A stretch of DNA of 32,000 bases from Mucisphaera calidilacus (GTDB lineage: Bacteria > Planctomycetota > Phycisphaerae > Phycisphaerales > Phycisphaeraceae). Each line of letters opens with the position of its first letter. Within the stretch, counting starts at the first letter, position 1. Below, in pieces: positions 16,222-25,775 of the stretch. The notes under the pieces were generated by a model that was not told the DNA's origin, did not search any database, and worked only from the letters and a program-made list of their open reading frames with translations. The stretch spans positions 2,520,001-2,552,000 of the forward strand of contig NZ_CP036280.1 of NCBI RefSeq assembly GCF_007748075.1, read 5' to 3'. The position numbers and the translations under genes were made by a program.

Positions 16222-17388
16222 ATGAATCACCTCGAAAAACTGCACCAGACCGCCGTCAACGAGTTCCAGCAGGCCTTCGGCAACACCCCCACCTGCGTCG
16301 CCAGCGCTCCCGGACGCGTCAACCTCATCGGCGAACACACCGACTACAACGACGGCTTCGTCCTGCCCATGGCCATCGACCGCAGCACCATCCTCGCCGC
16401 ACGACCCCGAAACGACAGCACCATCCGCATCCGTGACGCCTTCTACGACGGCGAGGCCAGCATCGACCTCAGCCAGCCCGTCACCACAGGCGAACCCAAG
16501 TGGTCCAACTACATCCGAGGCGTCATCGCGGGCATGCAGCAGACCGACATCCCCGTCAAAGCCTTCGACGCCATCATCGCCTCCGACGTCCCGGGCGGCG
16601 CCGGGCTCTCCTCCTCCGCCGCCCTCGAGGTCGCCACCGCCACCCTCCTCGAAGGCCTCGCCCAACTCAAACTCAACCCCGTCGACAAGGCCCTGCTCTG
16701 CCAGAAGGCCGAGCACGACTTCGCCGGCATGCCCTGCGGCATCATGGACCAGTTCATCTCCGCCATGGGACAACGCGGCAACGCCCTACTCATTGACTGC
16801 CGATCCCACGAAACAAGGCAGGTCGCTCTCGACGACCCCGACGTCGCCATCCTCATCATCGACTCACGGGTCAAGCACGCACTCGTCGACGGCGAGTACG
16901 CCCAGCGAAGAGCCTCCTGCGAACAGGCCGCACAGGCCCTCGGCATCAAGGCGCTCCGCGACGCCACCATGGCCGACCTCGACGCCCGATCCACCAACCT
17001 CGACACCACCACCTACCAGCGTGCACGACACGTCATCACCGAGAACGACCGCACCGTCCGCGCCGCCGATGCCGCCGACCAGCACGACTGGAACAAGTTC
17101 GGCCAGCTCATGCTCAAGAGCCACGACTCCATGCGCGACGACTTCACCATCACCACGCCCGAAATCGACCGACTCGTCGAACTCGCCGTCGAGATCGGCG
17201 CCGACGACGTCTACGGCTCACGCATGACCGGCGGCGGCTTCGGCGGCTCCACCGTCACCCTCATCAAAGCCCAGAACGCCTCGACCATCGCCGACCAGAT
17301 CCTCGATGCCTACCAGCAGACCTTCAACATCGAAGCCCGATGGTTCATCACCACACCGTCCCCCGGCGGTCAACTCCTGAACGCCTGA
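16222..17388 (+). CDS. galK: galactokinase (GHMP kinase)
   Basis: Galactokinase signature APGRVNLIGEHTDYNDGFVLPMAI, GHMP motif PGGAGLSSSAALEVA, and MTGGGFGGSTVTL near the C-terminus. Confidence 0.93.
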   Translation: MNHLEKLHQTAVNEFQQAFGNTPTCVASAPGRVNLIGEHTDYNDGFVLPMAIDRSTILAARPRNDSTIRIRDAFYDGEASIDLSQPVTTGEPKWSNYIRGVIAGMQQTDIPVKAFDAIIASDVPGGAGLSSSAALEVATATLLEGLAQLKLNPVDKALLCQKAEHDFAGMPCGIMDQFISAMGQRGNALLIDCRSHETRQVALDDPDVAILIIDSRVKHALVDGEYAQRRASCEQAAQALGIKALRDATMADLDARSTNLDTTTYQRARHVITENDRTVRAADAADQHDWNKFGQLMLKSHDSMRDDFTITTPEIDRLVELAVEIGADDVYGSRMTGGGFGGSTVTLIKAQNASTIADQILDAYQQTFNIEARWFITTPSPGGQLLNA

Positions 17389-17397
17389 CAAACCCGA

Positions 17398-18234
17398 TCA
17401 GTGCCACGAAGGAATACCCACCCGAACCTTCGACCGCATCCCCGCCTCCGCATCCGCGTCCACCCGCAGCAAGGGCATCAGCAACAGCCCGGAACGCTTC
17501 TGAACAGCCACCTCGTACCGCTCCAGATCACGACGGTACCTCAGCGACAACCCCTTCCCGTTCGCTAACCCCGACACACCATCCCGATCCTCCATCACCT
17601 CAAACAACCCGGCCCCCTCATCCGCATCACGCCACGTTCCATCCCGAAGCCGCCAACGCAGCATCACCGCAAACCCTGATTCTCCCTCCGTCACATACCA
17701 CCTGAACAACGGGAAATACGCCGCCTCGTACATACCCGCCAGATCCCCGGCAGTCTCCGGCCCGGCTGCCGTTAACTCGGGCATCCACGCCGGACGATCC
17801 ACCGGCACCAGCACACGAACCTCAGGCAACGCCTCGCCACTCTCCTGCCTCTGATCCAACGCATCCTTGATCCGGATCGTCACCAACCCCGTCGCCTCAT
17901 CCAAACCGATCGTCGTCCCCGCCATGCTCGATGGCTCAAGATCCCACGCCAGACCGGCATCACACACCCGAAACGGAACCTCCACGCCCCGACTGCCCGT
18001 GGCGAAATACCTCCCCTCATGCCTGTCAACCACGATCAACGTATCCCCCTCCTTCACCACGCGTTCCTCCACGCCCTCCTCAATACTCTGCTTGGGTGAA
18101 CGCTCCGTCAGGATGTACCACCCGAGCAGCTCATCACGCTCCCCCACCTCAACGGACGGCTCCTGACCCCACACGACACCAGACAAACACACCACCACCA
18201 GAACCACCCACGCGCCGATACGACCCATTAACAC
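17398..18234 (-). CDS. secreted hypothetical protein
   Basis: 278-aa ORF with GTG start (GGAGGTG 6 nt upstream) and N-terminal signal peptide GAWVVLVVVCLSGVVWGQEP. Balanced amino-acid composition. No family recognised. Confidence 0.65.
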   Translation of the reverse strand: MLMGRIGAWVVLVVVCLSGVVWGQEPSVEVGERDELLGWYILTERSPKQSIEEGVEERVVKEGDTLIVVDRHEGRYFATGSRGVEVPFRVCDAGLAWDLEPSSMAGTTIGLDEATGLVTIRIKDALDQRQESGEALPEVRVLVPVDRPAWMPELTAAGPETAGDLAGMYEAAYFPLFRWYVTEGESGFAVMLRWRLRDGTWRDADEGAGLFEVMEDRDGVSGLANGKGLSLRYRRDLERYEVAVQKRSGLLLMPLLRVDADAEAGMRSKVRVGIPSWH

Positions 18235-18254
18235 GAGTCACCTCCGATACACCC

Positions 18255-18902
18255 TCACCGCGCCGCCCACACCATCCCCCGACGAAGCATCTCCTTCGCC
18301 TCAGGCACCTGCAGGTCCGCGTTCACGTGCCCCAGCGAGCTGTAAAACACGCGGCCCGCACCGTACATCTTCGTCCACACCACGGGCATCACCACGCCAT
18401 CGATCCACGCGTCATACTCGCCGCTGAACCGTGTCGTCGCCAGCACCTCACAAGCCGGGTCGACGTGCATGTAGTACTGCTCCGAGTGCATCGCGAAGTC
18501 CGACAGCCCGCGCGTGATCGCGTGATCACCACCCGTCACCTGAACCGTGTAGTCGATGATGTTCCCCGGGTGCTGCACCCACTGACCTCCCACCATGTAC
18601 TGGTAGTCCACGTCCACACGGAAGGAGTCCGCCATCCCGCCGTGGAAACCCGCCAGACCGCACCCCGCCTTGATCACCTCACGCAGGCCCTGACTCTGCT
18701 CCGCGCTGATCTCCGACATCGTCCAGATCGGCACCACCAGGTCATACCCCGCCATCCGCTCAGCGTCCGCGTACACCGACAGGTCGTGCACCACGTCCGG
18801 CTCCATCCCCTCGCCACGCGCCAGCTCCGCCACCGTCTGGGCACACTGATCCGGCTCGTGACCGTCCCAGCCGCCCCAGTTGATCAACACACGCTTGCTC
18901 AT
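18255..18902 (-). CDS. ThuA domain-containing protein
   Basis: [13 protein letters not shown]...[10 protein letters not shown]...GLAGFHGG...[10 protein letters not shown]...[10 protein letters not shown]...YYMHVDP...[20 protein letters not shown] is a ThuA-like pattern. ATG at 18902 preferred (AAGGAG 7 nt upstream). The GTG at 18905 is the track start. Confidence 0.85.
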   Translation of the reverse strand: MSKRVLINWGGWDGHEPDQCAQTVAELARGEGMEPDVVHDLSVYADAERMAGYDLVVPIWTMSEISAEQSQGLREVIKAGCGLAGFHGGMADSFRVDVDYQYMVGGQWVQHPGNIIDYTVQVTGGDHAITRGLSDFAMHSEQYYMHVDPACEVLATTRFSGEYDAWIDGVVMPVVWTKMYGAGRVFYSSLGHVNADLQVPEAKEMLRRGMVWAAR

Positions 18903-18925
18903 CACATCACTCCTTTGAAAACAAC

Positions 18926-20035
18926 TCAGACCAGCTCGAGCTCACCCGTCACCAGTCCCTCCGCCATCGCCGCCGGACGCTCCACGCGACTCATAATCTT
19001 CACCGCCGATGACTGACCGCCCGCCTGGTGCATCCCACGCAACACCTCCAGCACGTGCGCCGCCAACGCGCCCGACGCACGATGCGGACGACCCTTGAGG
19101 ATCCCGTCCGCCATGTCCGCCAGACCCAGGCTCCGGTAGTTCTCGGTGTAGTTGTGCTTCACCTCAACCGCCTCGAATTCCTTCGAGTCCCGCGTCGCCA
19201 GCATCACCTGACCGCCAAAGTTGTTCGGGTCCGGGACGCTCAGCGAGCCCTCCGTCCCGTGCACCTCGACGAACTTGTGCTTCGACTGAGCCGTGTCAAA
19301 ACTCATGATGAACGTCACGATCGCACCGCTCTCAAACAACAGGTTCCCCGCCAGGTGCGTCTCCACCTCCACCTTCAGCTTCCGGCCCTTGTGCAGCTCG
19401 CTCGTGCACGTCCGCTCCCCCGATCGACGGGTCATCGACGCCACCTCCGCCACCGGGCCCAGCATGTTCACCAGCGCCGTCACGTAGTAAGGCCCCATGT
19501 CCATCGCAGGACCGCCACCCTCCAGGTAATAGAAATCCGGGTTCGGGTGCCAGCTCTCCACACCCCACGTCTGCATCAACGCCAAACCCGCAATAGGCGT
19601 CCCGATCGCTCCCTCATCAATCAGCTTCCGACACGCCTGATGACCGCCCCCCAGAAACGTGTCCGGCGCACACCCCAGACGCAGCCCCTTCTCCGACGCC
19701 AACGCCAGCGCACGCTCCGCCTCCGCCACCGACAACGCAAACGGCTTCTCGCAGTAAGCGTGCTTGCCCGCCTCCAACGCCCTCATGTTCACCGGCGCGT
19801 GCGCCTGAGGGACCGTCAGGTTCAGCACGATGTCAATGTCCTCACGCCCCAGCAGATCATCCACCCCGCACGACTCCAGCCCGTACTCCTGAGCCTTCGC
19901 CTCCGCCGCTTCCATGTTCAGGTCCGAGCACGCCACGATCCGCATCGACGAATAATCAGACGCATGATTCAGGTACGCACCCGAAATGTTCCCGCACCCG
20001 ATCAGCCCGACACGCAGTGGTTGAAGATCCGACAT
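18926..20035 (-). CDS. Gfo/Idh/MocA family oxidoreductase
   Basis: N-terminal Rossmann [16 protein letters not shown], then [12 protein letters not shown] and a C-terminal alpha/beta domain. Paired with the ThuA gene 20 nt downstream. Confidence 0.9.
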   Translation of the reverse strand: MSDLQPLRVGLIGCGNISGAYLNHASDYSSMRIVACSDLNMEAAEAKAQEYGLESCGVDDLLGREDIDIVLNLTVPQAHAPVNMRALEAGKHAYCEKPFALSVAEAERALALASEKGLRLGCAPDTFLGGGHQACRKLIDEGAIGTPIAGLALMQTWGVESWHPNPDFYYLEGGGPAMDMGPYYVTALVNMLGPVAEVASMTRRSGERTCTSELHKGRKLKVEVETHLAGNLLFESGAIVTFIMSFDTAQSKHKFVEVHGTEGSLSVPDPNNFGGQVMLATRDSKEFEAVEVKHNYTENYRSLGLADMADGILKGRPHRASGALAAHVLEVLRGMHQAGGQSSAVKIMSRVERPAAMAEGLVTGELELV

Positions 20036-20158
20036 GACATCCCTCTGACTTCACAACACACCCGGCCGCCTACGATCCGCAACACACACACCGCAGCGAC
20101 CGGTCAGCGGAGTACGATAGCGTTTTGCAACCGGCTCCGTGAACACAGGAACACCCCC

Positions 20159-20659
20159 GTGAACCCACCCGCCCTTCGCACCCTCCTCCCGGCACTCCTC
20201 GCCGCCATCCTCCTCCCTCTCGCCGGCTGCACCGTCACCGCCGTCTCCGCCGCCTCCGTCGCCTCCATCGCCGCCGCCACCGCCACCACCGCCGAAAAAG
20301 GCTTCGGGGCCTGGGCCGGCAGCAAATTCACCTACGTCGACGAGGCCGACCTCACCGACATGCGCTGGGCCACCGAGTCGGCCATCGACCGGCTCCAACT
20401 CAACATCAGCAAGCAGTCCTTCGACGAGAAAAAAGCCACCTACCGCTGGAAGGTCCGCGACGCCGACAACGACCACCTCGCGAAAATCAAACTCAAACCC
20501 CTCACGCCACGCATGATGGTCGTCACCATCGACGTCGGGCTCTTCGGCAACAAACCCGCCGGTACCCTCCTCGCCAGCCGCATCCGCGACAAACTCAACC
20601 AGATCAAGCACGCCGAGGGCGAGGAAATCACCAACGCACCCCCCTCCCTCCAGAATTGA
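20159..20659 (+). CDS. lipoprotein, DUF3568-like
   Basis: GTG start (AGGA about 10 nt upstream) and lipobox LLPLAGC. The mature part ...RWKVRDADNDHLAKIKLKPLTPRMMVVTIDVGLFGNKPAGTLLASRIRDKL resembles small DUF3568 lipoproteins. The upstream 377 codons of track ORF 19028..20659 are antisense shadow of the oxidoreductase gene. Confidence 0.7.
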   Translation: MNPPALRTLLPALLAAILLPLAGCTVTAVSAASVASIAAATATTAEKGFGAWAGSKFTYVDEADLTDMRWATESAIDRLQLNISKQSFDEKKATYRWKVRDADNDHLAKIKLKPLTPRMMVVTIDVGLFGNKPAGTLLASRIRDKLNQIKHAEGEEITNAPPSLQN

Positions 20660-20684
20660 ACGCACCCCTGTTACCCTGTACCCC

Positions 20685-22448
20685 ATGAAAACCCTCACCC
20701 ACACGCTCCTCCTGACCCTCACCCTCCTCGCCACACTCACCGCCTGCGGACCCGCCGACGAGCCCCAGGCCGACGCCGACGGCAAAAAACAGCTCATCTT
20801 CATCTCCAACCAGGAACACAACGCCCGCGACCCACAACGCATCACCTGGACGCAGGACATCCGACTCGCCGACTGCCTCTTCGAACCCCTCGTCCTCGCC
20901 GACTACACCGCCATGAAACTCGAGCCCGGCACCGCCGAGGCATGGACCGTCAGCGAAGACCTCCGCACCTACACCTTCACCATCCGAAGCGACGCTCGCT
21001 GGAACAACGGCGAACCCGTCACCGCACACGACGTCGCCTACGCCTGGCAACGCGCCATGCTCCCCGACACCACCGCCGGATACGCACAACTCCTCTTCGT
21101 CATCAAAGGCGCCCACGACTTCTACGACTTCCGCGCCGCACAGGCCGTCGCCTACGCCAAAGCCGACCCCAGCCAGCGATCCGCCGAAGACGACTACCGC
21201 AAAGCACTCGAGTACTTCAACCAGAACGTAGGCATCAAGACGCCCGACGAACGAACCCTCGTCGTTACCCTCACCCAGCCCACCCCCTACTTCCTCGACC
21301 TCGCCGCCTTCGCCACCTTCATGCCCGTCCACAAGAAAAGCATCGAGGCCGAAACCACCTTCGTCGCCTCCACCGGACAACTCAGCATGGACCAACGCTA
21401 CTGGTCCGACCCCGACCGACTCGTCACCAACGGACCCTACCAGCTCAAGCAAGCACGCTTCCGCCAGAGCAACGAACTCACGCCCAACCCCCACTACTGG
21501 AACCGCGACGCCATCAAAAACTCAGGCGTCAAGGAAATCATCATCAACGACCCCGGCACCGCCCTCTACAGCTACCAGGGCGGCAAGGCACACTACTGGC
21601 CACGCGTACCCAGCGGAACCACCGCCGCCGAACTCGCCGCCAACGCCGATAACCGCAACGACGTCCACCTCCAGACCATGGCCGGCACCTTCTTCATCAA
21701 CGCCAACTGCGAACCCCACCTCTCCGACGGCAGCGACAACCCCCTCGCCGACCAACGCGTCCGCGTCGCCCTCTCCATGGCCATCGACCGCGAACTCATC
21801 GTTAACAACGTCACACGCATGCACGAACCCGTCGCCAAAACCTTCATCCCGCCCAACGCCGTCGCCGGATACGAACCCCCCGCCCACGCCGCCCCGGGCT
21901 ACGACCCCGCCGCCGCAAAAAACCTCCTCGCGGAAGCCGGCTACAACGACCCCGCCACCCTCACCGGACTCACACTCCTCTACCGATCCACCGACCCAGG
22001 CGAAAGCCTCATCGCCCAGACCCTCAGCAACATGTGGCAACGAAAACTCGGCGTCACAGTCAAGCTCGAAGGACTCGAGAACCGCGTCGTCGTCGAACGC
22101 GTCATCAACCGCGAGTACACCCTCGCACGAGGCTCCTGGTACGGCGACTACCCCGACCCCACCACCTGGCTCGACCGACTCCGCAAGCCCGTCGGCAAAC
22201 GCGCCAACAACGCCAGCGGATGGGACCACCCCCCCTTCGACACCCTCCTCAACCAGGCCGCCACCGAACGCGACACCACCCAGAGACTCGCTATGCTCCG
22301 CGACGCCGAGGCCATGATGCTCGAACACCAGCCCATGTTCTTCCTCTACCACTACATCAGCCTCAACCTCTACGACCCCGCCAGAATCTCAGGCATCCAG
22401 AACAACCCCTGGTTCCGCGTCCGTTTCCAGGACGTCGTCGTCCACTGA
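20685..22448 (+). CDS. ABC transporter substrate-binding protein, family 5 (peptide/oligosaccharide/nickel type), lipoprotein
   Basis: Lipobox LATLTACG. 587 aa with WNNGEPVTAHDVAYAW, LVTNGPYQLK and SWYGDYPDPTTWL, patterns typical of SBP_bac_5. No cognate permease or ATPase genes nearby. Confidence 0.85.
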   Translation: MKTLTHTLLLTLTLLATLTACGPADEPQADADGKKQLIFISNQEHNARDPQRITWTQDIRLADCLFEPLVLADYTAMKLEPGTAEAWTVSEDLRTYTFTIRSDARWNNGEPVTAHDVAYAWQRAMLPDTTAGYAQLLFVIKGAHDFYDFRAAQAVAYAKADPSQRSAEDDYRKALEYFNQNVGIKTPDERTLVVTLTQPTPYFLDLAAFATFMPVHKKSIEAETTFVASTGQLSMDQRYWSDPDRLVTNGPYQLKQARFRQSNELTPNPHYWNRDAIKNSGVKEIIINDPGTALYSYQGGKAHYWPRVPSGTTAAELAANADNRNDVHLQTMAGTFFINANCEPHLSDGSDNPLADQRVRVALSMAIDRELIVNNVTRMHEPVAKTFIPPNAVAGYEPPAHAAPGYDPAAAKNLLAEAGYNDPATLTGLTLLYRSTDPGESLIAQTLSNMWQRKLGVTVKLEGLENRVVVERVINREYTLARGSWYGDYPDPTTWLDRLRKPVGKRANNASGWDHPPFDTLLNQAATERDTTQRLAMLRDAEAMMLEHQPMFFLYHYISLNLYDPARISGIQNNPWFRVRFQDVVVH

Positions 22449-22546
22449 CGCCCTCAGGCAACATCGGCGCTTTCGACAATCAATCCGGCCCAAGCCCTTT
22501 TCAGGTGTAGACTTCTCAGTCCACATCCTCGTGAAGGGCCAGCCGC

Positions 22547-23890
22547 ATGCACGCGTACACCACGACCTCACTCCTCGTCGCCACCCTCACCGCCTCCTCC
22601 TCACTCGCCATCAGCATCCGCGACGACCGATCCGAGATCAGCCACATCCAGCTCGCCGAACAAGCCGACTACGACGCCGTCGGCGAGATCTTCGCCACCG
22701 TCGCCGGCCTCGGCACCAGCGCCTGCTCCGCAACCCTCATCACCGACCAGTGGGCACTCACCGCCGCACACTGCATCGACGGCAACGACCTCCGCGGCAA
22801 CGGCGTCAGCCACCTGCGCTTCCTCGTCGAAGGACAGCTCCGCTACGTCAAGCAGTGGATCCCGCACCCCCAGTGGGCCGACACCGACGGCAGCTTCACC
22901 GCCGGCTACGACATCGGACTTATCCAGCTCTCCACACCCATCACCTCCGTCGAGCCCGCACCCCTCTTCGAACAACGCGTCACCCCCGGACAGGAATCCG
23001 TCGCCGTCGGCTACGGCATCCCGGGCACCGGCAGCACGGGCACCGACCAGAGCGCCGACTTCGGCACGAAACGCGCCGCCGTCAACAGCATCGACGCCAT
23101 GGGCGCCGAGAACTTCCCCTTCCCCCTCGGCTTCACCCTCATCGAGGACTGGTCCTCCAACATCATCGCCACCGACTTCGACGAGCCCGGCAACCCCGAC
23201 GCCTCCTCCATCGGCAGCCCCTTCCCCCTCAACCTCGAAGGCGCGATCACCTCAGGCGACTCGGGCGGAGCCCTCTTCGTCACCAGCAACAACCAGCAGC
23301 AACTCGCCGCCGTCAACTCCTTCTCCGCCAGCTTCGACGACGACCCCGACGGCTCCTACTCAGACCTCTCCGGCTTCTCACGCGTCTGGCCACACCTCGA
23401 CTGGATCGGCTACACCATCCTCACCGAGTCCGAAGCCCCGGGCGACTACACCTCCGACGGACGCATCGACGACGCCGACATCGACTTCCTCTTCGCCGAA
23501 TTCAACAACCCCTACATCACGCCCGCCAACCAGTTCACCATCCCCAACATCGAACTCGTCCTCGGCACCATCGCCGACCCACGCTACGACCTCACCGGCG
23601 ACAACAAGACCAACCACGCCGACCTCCACTTCCTCGTCAACGACCTCATCGGGACAACCTTCGGCGACCTCGACCTCGACGGCACCGTCAACCTCGTCGA
23701 CCTCTCCACACTCGCCGAAAACTTCGGTGCGACCGACGCCTCATGGTCCCAAGGCGACGCCGACGGCAACGGCACCGTCGACCTCATTGACCTCTCCATG
23801 CTCGCACCCAACTTCGACACCTCACCCGTCCCCGAGCCCGCCACCCTGCTCCCGCTGCTCGCGATCCTCGCCACCCGCCGACGCGCATGA
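22547..23890 (+). CDS. secreted trypsin-like (S1) serine protease with dockerin-like repeats and PEP-CTERM tail
   Basis: Signal peptide. Catalytic triad contexts LTAAHC (His75), YDIGLIQL (Asp122) and GDSGGALF (Ser239). Four Asp-rich calcium-loop-like repeats: DYTSDGRIDDADIDFL, DLTGDNKTNHADLHFL, DLDLDGTVNLVDLSTL and DADGNGTVDLIDLSML. C-terminus is PVPEPATLLPLLAILATRRRA. Confidence 0.85.
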   Translation: MHAYTTTSLLVATLTASSSLAISIRDDRSEISHIQLAEQADYDAVGEIFATVAGLGTSACSATLITDQWALTAAHCIDGNDLRGNGVSHLRFLVEGQLRYVKQWIPHPQWADTDGSFTAGYDIGLIQLSTPITSVEPAPLFEQRVTPGQESVAVGYGIPGTGSTGTDQSADFGTKRAAVNSIDAMGAENFPFPLGFTLIEDWSSNIIATDFDEPGNPDASSIGSPFPLNLEGAITSGDSGGALFVTSNNQQQLAAVNSFSASFDDDPDGSYSDLSGFSRVWPHLDWIGYTILTESEAPGDYTSDGRIDDADIDFLFAEFNNPYITPANQFTIPNIELVLGTIADPRYDLTGDNKTNHADLHFLVNDLIGTTFGDLDLDGTVNLVDLSTLAENFGATDASWSQGDADGNGTVDLIDLSMLAPNFDTSPVPEPATLLPLLAILATRRRA

Positions 23891-23920
23891 AAAAACCCAC
23901 GCACAAGGCGTGGGTTTCAT
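23891..23920 (-). terminator. rho-independent terminator of gltA, possibly bidirectional
   Basis: Stem CCCACGC (23896-23902), loop ACAAG, stem GCGTGGG (23908-23914). On the minus strand the hairpin is followed by a T run (complement of the A run at about 23890-23895). On the plus strand only TTT follows. Sits between the convergent protease and gltA genes. Confidence 0.75.
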
Positions 23921-23941
23921 GAAAAACAGACTCAGCCAGCA

Positions 23942-25216
23942 TCACGCAAGGCTACGCTCCGTCGGACCCGTGTAGATCTGACGCGGACGGTAGATCTTGC
24001 TCTTGCGATCACGCACTTCCTTCCAGTGCGCGATCCAGCCGGGCATACGACCGATCGCGAACATCACCGTGAACATGTTCACCGGGATGCCGATCGCGCG
24101 AAGAATAATGCCCGAGTAGAAGTCCACGTTCGGGTACAGGTTCCGCGACACGAAGTAGTCGTCATTCAACGCCACGTCCTCAAGACGTCGCGCCAACTCA
24201 AGCAGCGGATCATTCACGCCCAGCTTCGCCAGAACACGGTCCGCAGCGGCACTCAGGATCTTCGCACGCGGGTCAAAACTCTTGTACACCGGGTGTCCGA
24301 AACCAAACAGACGATACTCCTTCTGCTTCACACCCTCGATGAACTTGCCCAGATCCATCTTCGTGCTGTGCAGCTCCTGCAGCTGATTCATGATCGCCAC
24401 GTTCGCGCCGCCGTGCAGCGGACCCCACAGCGCACAGACGCCCGCCGCACAACTCGCAAACAGGTTCGCCTGCGAAGAGCCCACCAGACGCACCGTCGAC
24501 GTCGAACAGTTCTGCTCGTGGTCCGCGTGCAGGATGAAGAACAGGTTCAACGCATCAACAATGTCCTGATCCGGCTCATACACCTTCTTCGGGATCGAGA
24601 ACATCATATGCAGGAAGTTCGCACAGTACGAGAGATTCGGATCGGGATACATGATCGGATGGCCGATCGACATCTTGTACGCCGCCGCCGCCACCGTCCG
24701 AACCTTCGAGATCAGCTGAGCCGCCGACACGTCGAACGTGTCCTCGTCCTCCAACTCCATCACGTCCGGCTGATAGCACGACACCGTGTTGATCATCGCC
24801 GAGAGAATCGCCATCGGGTGACCCGTCGACGGGAAGCCGTCGAAGAACTGACGCACACCCTCGTGCAGCATCTCGTTCGCCGTCAGCAAATCAGAGAACC
24901 GCTTGAGACGATCAGGCGACGGCACCTCGCCCTCGAACAGCAGCAACGCCGTCTCGATGAAACTCAGCTTCTCCGCGATCTGCTCGATCGGGTAACCCCG
25001 GTGACGAAGGATCCCCTTCTCGGGGTTGATGAACGTGATGTTCGACTCGCACGCACCCGTGTTCCGGTACCCCTCGTCGAGTGTGATCGCCTTGGTCGCA
25101 CCACGAAGACCCGTGATGTCAAGACCAACCTCGCCCTCCGACCCCACAACCAGGGGCGCTTCGTAAGACTGTTCGCCGATCGTAATCTGAGCCGTCTTGG
25201 ATGCTGTCTGAGTCAT
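23942..25216 (-). CDS. gltA: citrate synthase (type II, hexameric-type length)
   Basis: GYRNTGACESNITFINPEKGILRHRGYPIEQ..., ILHADHEQNCSTSTVRLVGSSQANLF, GPLHGGAN, FGHPVYKSFDPRA and VDFYSGII are hallmark motifs. ATG at 25216 (MTQTASK...) preferred over the track start at 25288. Confidence 0.95.
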   Translation of the reverse strand: MTQTASKTAQITIGEQSYEAPLVVGSEGEVGLDITGLRGATKAITLDEGYRNTGACESNITFINPEKGILRHRGYPIEQIAEKLSFIETALLLFEGEVPSPDRLKRFSDLLTANEMLHEGVRQFFDGFPSTGHPMAILSAMINTVSCYQPDVMELEDEDTFDVSAAQLISKVRTVAAAAYKMSIGHPIMYPDPNLSYCANFLHMMFSIPKKVYEPDQDIVDALNLFFILHADHEQNCSTSTVRLVGSSQANLFASCAAGVCALWGPLHGGANVAIMNQLQELHSTKMDLGKFIEGVKQKEYRLFGFGHPVYKSFDPRAKILSAAADRVLAKLGVNDPLLELARRLEDVALNDDYFVSRNLYPNVDFYSGIILRAIGIPVNMFTVMFAIGRMPGWIAHWKEVRDRKSKIYRPRQIYTGPTERSLA

Positions 25217-25297
25217 CGTTGAGACCTTTTCATTCGTTTTGTCTTCCCTGTTTCTGCTACGTCGCTGCAGTTTAGGCAGCTTAACCACGCCTTGCCA

Positions 25298-25747
25298 CTA
25301 ACCCTTACTTATACAAGACTTGACCATCCGCAAATGTTCGATTCCCGCCTCAGAAAACACCTCACCCCGACGCTCCCACCCAAATCGCCCGTACCAATTT
25401 TCGAGATGCGCCTGCGCATGCAACTCCGCAACACGATCACCCACCAGCGCATCCACACATCCGAGCAGCGCACCACCCACACCACGACCCCGACAATCCG
25501 CCGCCACGCACAGCCGACCCACACGCACCACACCCGCTCCCGTCAACCCCAGAACCCGCCCCGTACCCACCAGACGATCTCCCTCGTACGCCAGCACAAA
25601 CACCGCACCCGGATCCTTCGCATCGATCTCCGGCTCCCCCGTAATCCCCTGCTCACACACAAACACATCGACACGCAACCGGTACGCGTCGTGAAGCTCC
25701 CGCACGCTCAGATCATCAAACGCCTTGTGCACCAGCCGGAGCGCCAC
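25298..25747 (-). CDS. GNAT family N-acetyltransferase (ElaA-like)
   Basis: 149 aa. LHDAYRLRVDVFVCEQ... and RLCVAADCRGRGVGGALL (acetyl-CoA-binding Q/RxxGxG/A motif). GTG start with GGAGG 5 nt upstream. Confidence 0.85.
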   Translation of the reverse strand: MALRLVHKAFDDLSVRELHDAYRLRVDVFVCEQGITGEPEIDAKDPGAVFVLAYEGDRLVGTGRVLGLTGAGVVRVGRLCVAADCRGRGVGGALLGCVDALVGDRVAELHAQAHLENWYGRFGWERRGEVFSEAGIEHLRMVKSCISKG

Positions 25748-25775
25748 AACGACCTCCGAACCACACGCCCGCGGC

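Noticed and set aside
20127-20134. GCAACCGG 8-mer upstream of the oxidoreductase gene, and an 11-mer ACGCAACCGGT at 25673-25683, both shared with the xylA/galK palindrome. Possibly further operator copies.
   Set aside because: Neither copy is palindromic (the second half-site is missing). One lies inside the GNAT coding region. Matches of 8-11 nt are expected many times by chance in 32 kb on both strands.
25217-25297. Sigma-54-like TGGCA element and small GCTGC/GCAGC hairpin in the T-rich gltA leader.
   Set aside because: The spacing from the GG to a GC dinucleotide does not fit the -24/-12 consensus. The hairpin has only 5 bp. I could not define a convincing -35/-10 pair either.
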